Of a stretch of DNA of 54,461 bases, positions 25,665 to 35,236 are shown piece by piece (position 1 is the stretch's first letter; each line of letters starts with the position of its first letter). Below the pieces are notes generated by a model. The model was not told the DNA's origin and did not search any database. It saw only the letters and a program-made list of their open reading frames with translations. Origin of the DNA: a virus (Duplodnaviria > Caudoviricetes); the IMG/VR virus record IMGVR_UViG_3300022912_000011, positions 1-54,461 of that record; one strand, given 5' to 3'. Both the position numbers and the translations under genes were made by a program.

Positions 25665-27788
25665 ATGGCAAAAAAACTGAACAATGAGGAAAAATCGTCA
25701 CGGTACTCCCAATGGATTCAGCTAGGTGAAGACTTCTTGGACTCCTACAGTGTTGATTGGGAACGCTGGCAAACGTATTGGGACACCCCCCACGTTGCCA
25801 CTTCCGTAGAGGAATCGACACTAAGTCACGACGGAAGGGGGTTCAAGATGCCGTATAATATTATATGGCTGAACTGGAAGAACCTGACCGCAGTGCTTAC
25901 AGGCGGAGAGTATCTGCCTGTGGTGTCCCCGATGGAAGCTGATAAAGACAGGTCTGCCAAGTTGTTAGAGTCGGTCATGGCTCACTTCTTGAAAGTCAAC
26001 AACACTAAGCTTGAGATCAAGATGCTGATTCAGGATGTGCTGACCTACAACTTGGCATACATGCAACAGGGGTACTTCTCAGAGTTTAATCAGGCTACTG
26101 GAAAGAAGGGGCCGGATGAAGCTTTGAGACAGGCGGTACGAGATGGCGATATAGAGAAAGAAAAGCTTGACAAGAAAGTGCTGAAGTCTATTGATGATTA
26201 TGACGACAGTGCTGAACTGATGCTTGAAGAGATTCCAGATTCAGAGACATGGTACGCTAAACGGCTTGACCCTGCTCTCGTGCTGGTTCCTCCGACAGCC
26301 AAGTATAATCTTGACGAAGCTCCGTGGCTGATCAAGAAGATATACAAGATCACCTACGAAGCAGTCCAGAGCTTCCCGTCAATCAAAGACTTGAAGCCTA
26401 CATATAGTAAGAACTTCGGGACTGAGGAACATCCTGTTGAAGTAGACATGTTTGAAATCTACGAGATATGGGATAAGGCAGACCCGAATGATAAAAAGAT
26501 TGTTTATGTTGTAGCTCACGAAGATACAGAGGATAGAGAACATGCGGGTGGAACTAGAGTAGCGTATGAGAAATTGGTAGAGGTTCCGTGGCCTACTGGC
26601 CTCAAGGGATTTCCAATCTCAAGGCTGTCCATGAACCTGTCGCCAAGGAAGTACTACTTGCCACCGGATGTGTACATGTACGAACATATAGCACAGGCTC
26701 TCTCAGAGCTTCTCAGCACGCAGTTAGGTTCGCATCGTAGGCATCGTAGGCGTTATGGGTATATCACTGGTGAGATCGAACCGGAAGAGCTTGATAAGAT
26801 CGCATACGGAGAAGATGGGATATACTTCTCTGCTAACAGTCAAGACTCTGTATGGGAATTCAATCAGTCCATGCCGCAGTTGGACTTTGGATTCTACAAC
26901 ATGCTTCAAAGAATAATTGGAGAGTTTGCAGGAGTGGATGAGTTTAACAGGGGAAGTTCAAGCAGGGTAGAGACTGCAACTGAAGCTTCGTTTGTGAAGG
27001 GTGGAAGTCGTACAAGAGTCGATGATATGATTAGCATGATCATGATGTTTATGGATGAATTCTTCACTAAGATGGGGGGAATCATACAATCTCATGCATC
27101 AGGTGATGTTATGGTTAAAGTTGACCCTGACACGATGAAAGCTCTAGGCGAAGAGTCGCCTTGGATAAACGTTCCTCCTGAAGAAGTTGAAGGAAGATTC
27201 TTCTACACTATCAAGGCTGGCTCGGTAGCCAGAGAGACTAGTGAAGAGAAGAAACGGAAGTTCTTTGAGTTCTACAATATGGCTGCTCAAGACCCACACT
27301 TTGATGAGATCACTCTTAGGAGATTGCTCATTGAGAGATGGCTTGAGGAACCTGACCCTGATGATTTACTGAAGGTCGGCATGAGTGGACAAATCCAACA
27401 GGCTATCATGCTTGAACATATGATGGCTATGAAGGGCATACCTATTCCCTCTCCCAACCCACAGGAAGATCATGCTATGCATGCTGAAGCTCACGAGGAA
27501 GCCTTGGAGAATCCTCCTGAAGAATTGAAGCAGAGGATGGCTCAGATGCAGAACGCAGGAGATCAGGCTGACCCCGCCCAAGCTCAAGCTTTAGAGGGTG
27601 AAGTGGGGAATTACCAACAGCTTATACAGGCTCACCTTGAGGAAACAAGACAGTACTTGAATCCCGGTGGAGTCCCACAGAACCATAACATGAATGAAGC
27701 TGCAATGGCAGAGGGCGCAGAATCGCCTGACACGCCTCGACAGCCACAGACAACTGTTGAATTAGGTGCTGGCGAAATTCAACAATAG
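25665..27788 (+). CDS. Portal protein
   Basis: ~707 aa, after terL; P22/N4-like features including ETATEAS, long helical C-terminus. Confidence 0.85.
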   Translation: MAKKLNNEEKSSRYSQWIQLGEDFLDSYSVDWERWQTYWDTPHVATSVEESTLSHDGRGFKMPYNIIWLNWKNLTAVLTGGEYLPVVSPMEADKDRSAKLLESVMAHFLKVNNTKLEIKMLIQDVLTYNLAYMQQGYFSEFNQATGKKGPDEALRQAVRDGDIEKEKLDKKVLKSIDDYDDSAELMLEEIPDSETWYAKRLDPALVLVPPTAKYNLDEAPWLIKKIYKITYEAVQSFPSIKDLKPTYSKNFGTEEHPVEVDMFEIYEIWDKADPNDKKIVYVVAHEDTEDREHAGGTRVAYEKLVEVPWPTGLKGFPISRLSMNLSPRKYYLPPDVYMYEHIAQALSELLSTQLGSHRRHRRRYGYITGEIEPEELDKIAYGEDGIYFSANSQDSVWEFNQSMPQLDFGFYNMLQRIIGEFAGVDEFNRGSSSRVETATEASFVKGGSRTRVDDMISMIMMFMDEFFTKMGGIIQSHASGDVMVKVDPDTMKALGEESPWINVPPEEVEGRFFYTIKAGSVARETSEEKKRKFFEFYNMAAQDPHFDEITLRRLLIERWLEEPDPDDLLKVGMSGQIQQAIMLEHMMAMKGIPIPSPNPQEDHAMHAEAHEEALENPPEELKQRMAQMQNAGDQADPAQAQALEGEVGNYQQLIQAHLEETRQYLNPGGVPQNHNMNEAAMAEGAESPDTPRQPQTTVELGAGEIQQ

Positions 27789-27798
27789 GAGATTCACA

Positions 27799-28170
27799 AT
27801 GCCGATATATGATTATAAGTGTGTTCATTGTGATGTAGTCGAAGAAAGATTCGTATGGCCCTCAGAGGCAGACGAACAATCTTGCGAAGAGTGCAAGGAG
27901 AAAATGAAGCGGTTACTAAATGTTCATCGTGTAAACTTTAGAGCCTTTCCCGATCAGATTATAGAAGCTCTTGATTACAATAAGCCGATAACAGGCTATC
28001 GAGACATGAGGCGAAAGGCTCGGTCATGGGAGAACGATGAAGAAAGGAAACTGCTCGTGGATAACTTGCCCACGGCAAAGGAGCGGAAATGTAAAATTGA
28101 AACAAACAAAGCTCGAAACCGTGAAAACCAATTGAAGGAAAAGACCGGGGGAAACTTGGTCGAAATTTAA
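27799..28170 (+). CDS. FmdB-family Zn-ribbon protein
   Basis: MPIYDYKCVHC...CEEC..MKRL; AGGAG SD. Confidence 0.85.
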   Translation: MPIYDYKCVHCDVVEERFVWPSEADEQSCEECKEKMKRLLNVHRVNFRAFPDQIIEALDYNKPITGYRDMRRKARSWENDEERKLLVDNLPTAKERKCKIETNKARNRENQLKEKTGGNLVEI

Positions 28171-28182
28171 GGAGGCTTTACA

Positions 28183-29061
28183 ATGGCAGCAGATGGACAC
28201 TTAGGTATGGACACGATTACGATTGAAGGTTTGGACGAAGTGTTGGATAGGGAGGAAGATTATATCTACCCTGAAGATGAAGATGAAGGAGAAGATTATG
28301 GAGAGGATGGGATTGACCCCGAAGAAGAAGAGGGCGAAGACGAGGCGTTTGCACGGACGGACACCGTAGACCCTAAGATTGCTCAACTTGAATCACAGGT
28401 AGCACAGCTTACAAATATCCTTGCTGGCAAGAGCGACGATAGAGAAGAAGTAAAAGAGTATGACCCAACAGATGATACCACTGAGATCATCGGAGCATAC
28501 AAAGAAGTATTGGATGAGATGGCTGATGATGATAAACTTTCGACACAACAGGCTAAAGCCCTATCAGCGCAGATAGGGGAGAACTTGATTCCTGCTCTGT
28601 TGAAAACTGTAGAGAAGAAATACGGGAAGAAACTAGATGATCTGGAAGGCGAGTATCAAAAAGTCAAGCACAACTTTACAGAGTCCGAGAGGACTAGAGC
28701 GGTTAATGTGTTCTTCAAAAAGCACTCTGCCGCCAACAACAGTAAGGTAATAGAAGCCCTTGATGCAGACCTCAAAGCAGACCCAGTATGGAAGAATCTC
28801 TTGGAAAATCCCAACGAGGAAAAGATGTATAATCATCTGATTAAAACCTTTTCTCCTTATGCCGAGAAAGCAAAAGCCCTGCAAAAGCGGGTTGAAAGGG
28901 CTAAGAAGAATAAGACGAGTCGTCAGAATAGAGTTACCTCTACTGCTGTAAGGGATTTGGGGGACGACACCAATGTTGCAACTGCGGCAACTCAAAAACG
29001 CAAACCGTCTATGGCGCAAGTCATGGAAGCTGAATTTCGTAAACAATTAAGAAAACGCTAG
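28183..29061 (+). CDS. Capsid scaffolding protein (putative)
   Basis: Acidic N-terminus, helical, directly before the capsid gene. Confidence 0.7.
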   Translation: MAADGHLGMDTITIEGLDEVLDREEDYIYPEDEDEGEDYGEDGIDPEEEEGEDEAFARTDTVDPKIAQLESQVAQLTNILAGKSDDREEVKEYDPTDDTTEIIGAYKEVLDEMADDDKLSTQQAKALSAQIGENLIPALLKTVEKKYGKKLDDLEGEYQKVKHNFTESERTRAVNVFFKKHSAANNSKVIEALDADLKADPVWKNLLENPNEEKMYNHLIKTFSPYAEKAKALQKRVERAKKNKTSRQNRVTSTAVRDLGDDTNVATAATQKRKPSMAQVMEAEFRKQLRKR

Positions 29062-29095
29062 GAGGCGTTGAGAAGTAAAGTATTTGGAGGTACAC

Positions 29096-30118
29096 ATGTC
29101 TCAGATTAGAACTGAGGTCTTTGACAAAGTACTGTCCAGTACCCTGTATAAGTTCCGTGATGAAATCGTTAATGCGACATTCGCAGATAACGTACTTCTG
29201 TGGTATTTGAATCAGAAGGATAAAGTCGAGGAAGTTGATGGTGGTGCTGGTTTCAGGGAACATGTCATGCTTAATGAGGCCACTATGGAGCCTTCTTTCG
29301 AGGGGCTTGACCCTTTTACTGCTGTTGATGAGCAGCCGTTTGAGGAAGCTTTCTTCCCTTGGAAGTTTTATCGTGCGCCAATTATCATATCGGATACGGA
29401 AGAGCAACAGAACCAAGGTGTGTCCCGTATTGCTAATCTGCTTGAGGCCAAGATTGATCAGGTCACACAGACTCTTAGCAAGCGTTTGAACACACATCTG
29501 TATCAGGATGGTACTGGCAACAAAGGCAAGAACCTGTGGGGTCTTCAGAAAGTTGTAGACCTGAATAGCTACACGACTGACAGCTATGCTGGTTTCAGCC
29601 GTAGTACTTATAGTAACTGGCAGCCCACCGTTAAATCGAGTGTGGGCAAAGCTTTCAACCTGACCACTGGTTATGAAGCTCTGGTTACTGCTGTAAGAAA
29701 CATCATGAACACGACTAGCAATGTTGCTAAAGGTCGTGCGGATATCATCATCGGTACTCAGAACTTCTTCGAATGGTTTGAGTTCTGTATGTATGATCTT
29801 CGCTGGATTCCTGATGAGAAGTTTGTGGATGCCTCGTTTGAGGGTATGCGTTATGGTAGTGCTACTATTACCTACGACCCGAATTTCCAGAAGCAGACTA
29901 CTACTTCTGGTGAAGAGGAAGCCTATGTCTTGAACTCGAATCACATTTCGATGAAGATCAAGAAAGGGCGTAACTTCACGAACCTGCCGTTTGCTCCGAC
30001 TTACATTACTGGTGTGGTTGCCAAGCTTGCGCTGATTCTGTCGTACTTGAATCTGTGTGTTGATAACTGCCAGAGTGTCGGTCTTGTTACAGGTGTAACT
30101 GCACCTGCTACTGCATAA
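29096..30118 (+). CDS. Major capsid protein
   Basis: 340 aa, HK97-type pattern (LY.DGTG...K.L.GL, YxNWQ, AYVLNS); GGAGG SD. Confidence 0.88.
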   Translation: MSQIRTEVFDKVLSSTLYKFRDEIVNATFADNVLLWYLNQKDKVEEVDGGAGFREHVMLNEATMEPSFEGLDPFTAVDEQPFEEAFFPWKFYRAPIIISDTEEQQNQGVSRIANLLEAKIDQVTQTLSKRLNTHLYQDGTGNKGKNLWGLQKVVDLNSYTTDSYAGFSRSTYSNWQPTVKSSVGKAFNLTTGYEALVTAVRNIMNTTSNVAKGRADIIIGTQNFFEWFEFCMYDLRWIPDEKFVDASFEGMRYGSATITYDPNFQKQTTTSGEEEAYVLNSNHISMKIKKGRNFTNLPFAPTYITGVVAKLALILSYLNLCVDNCQSVGLVTGVTAPATA

Positions 30119-30134
30119 GAGAGGAAGGACAATT

Positions 30135-30890
30135 ATGTTTACTACTAATATTCAACCCGCCTCTCTCTATTCTAACAGTGCGAAACCGATTGAAGGGCTT
30201 GATACGGGGCTTGTTTTCAATGCTCTGCATCCCCTCGGTTTCTCTGGTGATTTCCGAGTGATGCACATTCAGGCTTCTGAAACCATTGGCGGTTGCGGTC
30301 TTGTACTGCGACAGGAATTTGGCGTACAGGGAGATGAAGCTATGGATGCGGCTACTGGTGGAAGCTTGAACTCCATCGTAGATACCACTCATGGTATTGC
30401 TACTACTCTGATCGACGATGATTCTAGGGGATTCTTCTATTACATCGACGATGCGGTAGCTGGTACTGCTGATATCGGAACTCCTGAAATTGGAGAGGTT
30501 AAAGCCATTGAGGATGCTGACACCATCCGTCTAGTAGATGATGCTGCTGACGCTGTTGCTAACGCAGACAACTACCAGATTTGGCGACCCGGACGTATGA
30601 AGCTGGCTGACGACGATGCTACCATTCCTAATTGGGGTGTGTCGTGCCGTAGCCTGACAGACGAATACTATGGTTTTATGGTTATTGCTGGTTACTGGAT
30701 GGCGCAGACTAGTGCTTCAGCTGGTGATGCGTTTGCTGCTGGTGATGTGGTTGTTTCTGATGCCACTGCTGGTAAGATTCAGAAGGTGACTGCTGGTACT
30801 AGCGACAGTCTGGCTATTGGTCAGGCAGTGGTTGGTTCTGCTGCGGATGATGATTATGTACCTATCATTGTGCGTGGATGGCATGCATAA
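30135..30890 (+). CDS. Capsid decoration/cement protein (putative)
   Basis: A/G/D-rich, YYGF and AAGDVV..AG...AIG.A C-terminus, between capsid gene and terminator. Confidence 0.6.
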   Translation: MFTTNIQPASLYSNSAKPIEGLDTGLVFNALHPLGFSGDFRVMHIQASETIGGCGLVLRQEFGVQGDEAMDAATGGSLNSIVDTTHGIATTLIDDDSRGFFYYIDDAVAGTADIGTPEIGEVKAIEDADTIRLVDDAADAVANADNYQIWRPGRMKLADDDATIPNWGVSCRSLTDEYYGFMVIAGYWMAQTSASAGDAFAAGDVVVSDATAGKIQKVTAGTSDSLAIGQAVVGSAADDDYVPIIVRGWHA

Positions 30891-30900
30891 GCTGAACATA

Positions 30901-30933
30901 GAGGGGGGATTAACCTCCCCCCTCTTTTATTTA
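30901..30933 (+). terminator. Intrinsic terminator after capsid genes
   Basis: GAGGGGGA/TCCCCCTC-type GC stem followed by TTTTATTT. Confidence 0.8.
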
Positions 30934-30947
30934 TCCACGGAGGTCTA

Positions 30948-32192
30948 ATGGCAGTACAAGGAAATTTTTATTGGCTGTACTATGGAGCCGCTAGAAAGTG
31001 CAAGATAGCAATGGACTCTAACGCTATTATAGAAGCCAAAGATGCTGCCAATGACGCTATCGAAGAAATGGCTGATATTCGAAACTGGCACTTTCTGAAC
31101 GATATGTGGCATATGCAGACAAATCAGTATAGGTACACATATCCTCTTCCCGCTCATTGTGATAAGATAATCAGTATGTTTTCGACTGAGAGGGATGTTC
31201 CTATATATGAGATAGATAACAAAAGACACTCTTACTATGACCCTAATCCTAGCAACGAGGGCGACCCCTACTTTTATATGCAGAGAGGATATGGAGTACA
31301 AAGACAGCCTCATTCAAAGCTTACTATCAAGAGTGACGATGCTTCCGATACAGGAGAATTATATATCAGGGGCTTTAGCTATGGAAGAGAAGTCAGTGAA
31401 ACGATTACCTTAAACGGAACTACAGGAGTTGAAAGCCTTTATGAATATTCCCTTTACTCAAAGGTGGAGCCAGCTACGGATGGATACACTGGAAATGTTA
31501 CAGGCACTTGTTTTTCTGATGTCATTACTGTTTTCACTGTCACTGCTGGCAATGATGATGATATTACGAGCTTTACTCAACCTACCACTGTGGTTACTTT
31601 TACCAGTGCTGCTGGTGCTAGCGATGCTGGTGTAGCTGTAGTCATAGAGGGAGTTACCTCAGACACAGAGACAAATGTCAAGGAAGCAGGGGTGCTTGAT
31701 GCAAGCGGAGCGTACACTACTACCGCAAGCTTCAATAAGATATATCCTCCTTCCAAGCAGGATTCGACAGGAGTTATCACGGCTACCGATTCAGATGGGA
31801 ATACTTTATGGTCGGCTGGCCCTACTGATAACAGTGTAGAATACCTACAGATAGCTTTCCTGAATCCTCCTGACAGCACAGACACAATACGACTTACGTT
31901 TAAAAGAAAGACTACAAGGCTGGTGAATGACTATGACCCACTGCCAATCCCGACAAAGTACAGTACTTATCTCAGGGCGTTGGTGATGGCAAAGCTGTAT
32001 GACTACATGGGGCATCAGGATAATAAAGCTAGAGATGCCTACAGGAAATACGAGATGGGACTAAAGAAGATGAAGAAGGAAGATGATGCCAACAGGAAGG
32101 CATGGATTCAGCAGGGTAGAAACGAACCACCTACAGAGATAAACAGACTTCAGTACCCTTACGGTGGGTACTCTATTATATCAGGAGATTAA
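30948..32192 (+). CDS. Head-tail adaptor (tail tubular protein A-like) with inserted beta domains
   Basis: N-terminal NDAIEE..WHFL..YPLP and C-terminal DPLPIP..Y..L..KLY..KA..Y typical of podovirus adaptors. Confidence 0.7.
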   Translation: MAVQGNFYWLYYGAARKCKIAMDSNAIIEAKDAANDAIEEMADIRNWHFLNDMWHMQTNQYRYTYPLPAHCDKIISMFSTERDVPIYEIDNKRHSYYDPNPSNEGDPYFYMQRGYGVQRQPHSKLTIKSDDASDTGELYIRGFSYGREVSETITLNGTTGVESLYEYSLYSKVEPATDGYTGNVTGTCFSDVITVFTVTAGNDDDITSFTQPTTVVTFTSAAGASDAGVAVVIEGVTSDTETNVKEAGVLDASGAYTTTASFNKIYPPSKQDSTGVITATDSDGNTLWSAGPTDNSVEYLQIAFLNPPDSTDTIRLTFKRKTTRLVNDYDPLPIPTKYSTYLRALVMAKLYDYMGHQDNKARDAYRKYEMGLKKMKKEDDANRKAWIQQGRNEPPTEINRLQYPYGGYSIISGD

Positions 32193-32196
32193 GCCT

Positions 32197-33804
32197 ATGA
32201 GAGAAGCTTTAATAAAAGGAATGCCCTATGGTCTTAGTAACCGGGGCAACACCACCATGCTCTCTCAATATGAAATGTCTGATTGTCTGAACATAGATTT
32301 GACCAGATATGGATTGCCCACTACGAGAGGGGGAAGTTCAAAGCTGTATGGAACCCCTCTTGAGAGTGGGGCTATGATAAATGGTGGCACAGAGTTTAAA
32401 GATTATGATGGGTTCTATCATATAGTGGTAGCATGTAACGGCAAACTGTTCTACGATCAGTCGATAGACAGAGATACTATAGATATAGGTTTCGCTCAGT
32501 TAGGGGCTGGCCTTACGCTGGATAGTGATAAGGATACTTTCTTTAGCTGGACTACTGCTACAGAGAATAACTACAGTCCTATATTAATAGGCACTGATGG
32601 AGAGAATGAGTTATTTGGATGGAAGGGTAAAGTTGATGGAGTCTATACTGATGTAGAAGAGATTGTCAGTCCAGTGTCAGGAGCCAGAGCAGTAGAGTGG
32701 TTTAATAACTACCTGCTGGTTGGCAATTACAAGATAGATGGCATAAGATATGCCAGTAGGTTATGTTGGAGTGACTTAAGATCACCTACTACTATCTCAG
32801 GACAGGACGATATTTTTGTAGGAAGTGCAGACGACCCCATAGTTGTTATGACTAAAGCTCTGAGGTACATTGCTATACTGAAAGAAGATTCGCTTTGGAG
32901 ATTGGAGATTAACCGTGGAGCAACTTCAACCTATACCCCTGCTGACACTGACCCTGTGCCTTTTGTCCTTGAGCATATCGCTAGTGGCGTTGGTTGTGTC
33001 GCACCTAACGGTGCTGCGGTGTACGAGAACTTCGTTTATTTTCAGGCAAAAGATGGGCTTTATAGATGGGATGTAAGAGGTACTGATGAAGATTCAGTAC
33101 AGAAGATAGACACAAAGATTGACATAGATAACATTGATTGGGATCAAGTAAATCGGGTTGCAGCAGTAGCTTACCCACGAAAAGGGCAGATAAGGTTCTG
33201 GATTCCTGAAGAGTGGGATGATGTAGCTGATAAAGAAAAGAGTTGGTTCTACTCAATACATCATCACCTGAACGATGATAGGCGCAGACCCATGCTCCCT
33301 TCATTCACTAGGAACAAGCTTAAGGCTAATGTGTGCTGGCAGGGAAGGGACATAATAGCTAGGAACAGACTGCCTGTAGAACTTCCTATGATCTTTGGAG
33401 ACAATGACAACACTCCGTATTTATTTGTAGGAACATATGATGGCTATGTGCTGAAGGTGGATACTCCGTGGTATAATGATTATGGAGAAGCCTATGAATC
33501 GTATGTAACTACAGGAGATTTAAATTTAAACACCAGTAGAAGAAAGACAATGAACCAAGCTCATGTCACTGCCGGGTGTCCGATACATCAGAATTGCGAT
33601 ATGACGATTACTCAGTACACTGACTTTGGGAACATTGCTTCTGCTGAAGCCACTTTCGATTTCACTAACAGTGGAAACAACAAGACTGTTGATATGATCT
33701 TAGGTGGTCACGATAGATATACTAAGTTAAAATTCTACACCTATGAAGCTTCCCACGGCTTCAGCCTAAGTTCGTTTGTAGTAGGCTTTGATATTACCGC
33801 ATAA
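32197..33804 (+). CDS. Tail nozzle / stabilization protein (P22 gp10 / tubular protein B-like)
   Basis: N-terminal GL..N.D...G...R.G, RLCWSD, GVGCVAP beta-propeller pattern; position. Confidence 0.75.
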   Translation: MREALIKGMPYGLSNRGNTTMLSQYEMSDCLNIDLTRYGLPTTRGGSSKLYGTPLESGAMINGGTEFKDYDGFYHIVVACNGKLFYDQSIDRDTIDIGFAQLGAGLTLDSDKDTFFSWTTATENNYSPILIGTDGENELFGWKGKVDGVYTDVEEIVSPVSGARAVEWFNNYLLVGNYKIDGIRYASRLCWSDLRSPTTISGQDDIFVGSADDPIVVMTKALRYIAILKEDSLWRLEINRGATSTYTPADTDPVPFVLEHIASGVGCVAPNGAAVYENFVYFQAKDGLYRWDVRGTDEDSVQKIDTKIDIDNIDWDQVNRVAAVAYPRKGQIRFWIPEEWDDVADKEKSWFYSIHHHLNDDRRRPMLPSFTRNKLKANVCWQGRDIIARNRLPVELPMIFGDNDNTPYLFVGTYDGYVLKVDTPWYNDYGEAYESYVTTGDLNLNTSRRKTMNQAHVTAGCPIHQNCDMTITQYTDFGNIASAEATFDFTNSGNNKTVDMILGGHDRYTKLKFYTYEASHGFSLSSFVVGFDITA

Positions 33805-33813
33805 GGAGGTTGC

Positions 33814-34362
33814 ATGGGACTCATTGCTAGATTAACAACTTGGACAGAGGGGAGTGAGCTTTCCCATACGAACCTTAATGCTGAGTTTGATAATATCCAT
33901 GATGAGATAAACGGATTTCTGGATGAGAATAACTTTGACCCTACGGCTCAATTGCCAGATAGTATTCTTGCTCCGATAACTTCATCGGGCATGGTAACAG
34001 ACCCGGCACTGTCGGAGAGTGCTTCTGGAATTCTCAGGTCACAATCTGGAATAGACACAACTGCTGGAAAAGTATGGAAGTATGATGGGACTACAGCTAC
34101 ACTGGCTGATCCTACAGACCCATTGCTCTTGGACTATTTTATCTCTGTAGCTAACGGTATTGCAGGAGAAGGTAATTATCAAGGGGTGGTGGCAGGAACA
34201 TTTACAAAAGGATTGAAGTACCTTGGCACTGCCGGAGCATTGGTAGATAATATTGATGGACTTGCTTCAGGGAGTTGGATTATTCAGATTGGCTTTGCTC
34301 CGACTACAGGCAAGCTGGTGGTAATGAATCCTAATGGTCGTTCATTCGGCAAGAAACGATAG
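33814..34362 (+). CDS. Tail fibre/spike-associated protein (putative)
   Basis: N-terminal LNAEFDNI typical of fibre attachment segments; C-terminal Q.IG.A. Confidence 0.55.
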   Translation: MGLIARLTTWTEGSELSHTNLNAEFDNIHDEINGFLDENNFDPTAQLPDSILAPITSSGMVTDPALSESASGILRSQSGIDTTAGKVWKYDGTTATLADPTDPLLLDYFISVANGIAGEGNYQGVVAGTFTKGLKYLGTAGALVDNIDGLASGSWIIQIGFAPTTGKLVVMNPNGRSFGKKR

Positions 34363-34370
34363 GAGATGAA

Positions 34371-35234
34371 ATGAAGTTTAAAGACATTTGTAAAATAGGT
34401 GGAGCTATACTTCTTCCATTGATGATCTGGACAGCCGCTATTGTGGACACAGGAATAGCTGCCACTTATAGTAACCTGATGAAGAATGATTCTACATATG
34501 TAGACACTCTTGTTCCTCCACTGGATAGTGCGGCTGTGTATGACAGTCTTGCAGCCAAAGCTTCTGTCGCTCAGTTTGAAGCTGATAGTTCTGCTATGGA
34601 TGATAGCCTTGCAGCTAAAGCTTCATTAGCACAGTTTCTTGCGGATAGTGCTGAAACAATGGACAGTATTGCTCTTAAGTTAGCAATTGATAGATGGCTT
34701 GCTGATTCTGCTAATGTATGGGATTCTCTTGCTGTCCATCGGCAGGACATCAATGACCTTGATCCTCTTGGAGTTCTGCCTGTATTGGATACTGCTAGAG
34801 TAGCTTTAGATTCAGCTCAGCAAGCAGCAGATTCAGCTAACTTAGCTTTGTTACAGATTGATAGTTTAAAATATTATTATGGAGAAGCTGCTGATACTAC
34901 TAGCCCCGGTAAGTTTTATTATTATAATCAGGCTGATAGCTTGTGGCACAGGGCTGGAACAAGTTCATCTATAACTGCTCTTGGGGTTGCTGTTGATTCT
35001 GTTCCTCTTGGGGAGATTTGCAGATACCAGTATACAGGACTCTTCAGTGATGCGGATTATGATAATATTATTCATCCCGGCAAGAAGGTAGTCAACGACT
35101 CTGTTACTGCTGGACTTGTTGCTGTGGTAGACTCTAATCGAACAAACACAAAGAAAATGCAAGGATATGGTGTGGCTCGTGATAGTATAACTATCATGCT
35201 GAACATTGATTCTTGGGTTTGGGTATGGGAGTAA
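34371..35234 (+). CDS. Signal-peptide-bearing fibre-like protein, very rich in D-S/T
   Basis: Hydrophobic N-terminus; helical repeats DSLAAKAS(V/L)AQF.ADS; C-terminal beta domain. Confidence 0.75.
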   Translation: MKFKDICKIGGAILLPLMIWTAAIVDTGIAATYSNLMKNDSTYVDTLVPPLDSAAVYDSLAAKASVAQFEADSSAMDDSLAAKASLAQFLADSAETMDSIALKLAIDRWLADSANVWDSLAVHRQDINDLDPLGVLPVLDTARVALDSAQQAADSANLALLQIDSLKYYYGEAADTTSPGKFYYYNQADSLWHRAGTSSSITALGVAVDSVPLGEICRYQYTGLFSDADYDNIIHPGKKVVNDSVTAGLVAVVDSNRTNTKKMQGYGVARDSITIMLNIDSWVWVWE

Positions 35235-35236
35235 AA

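Noticed and set aside
29021-29944. 307-aa antisense ORF over the capsid gene, and similar shadow ORFs (e.g. 20393-21034, 42355-42855, 49537-50055)
   Set aside because: Antisense to well-supported genes, with no SD or motifs; explained by codon bias.
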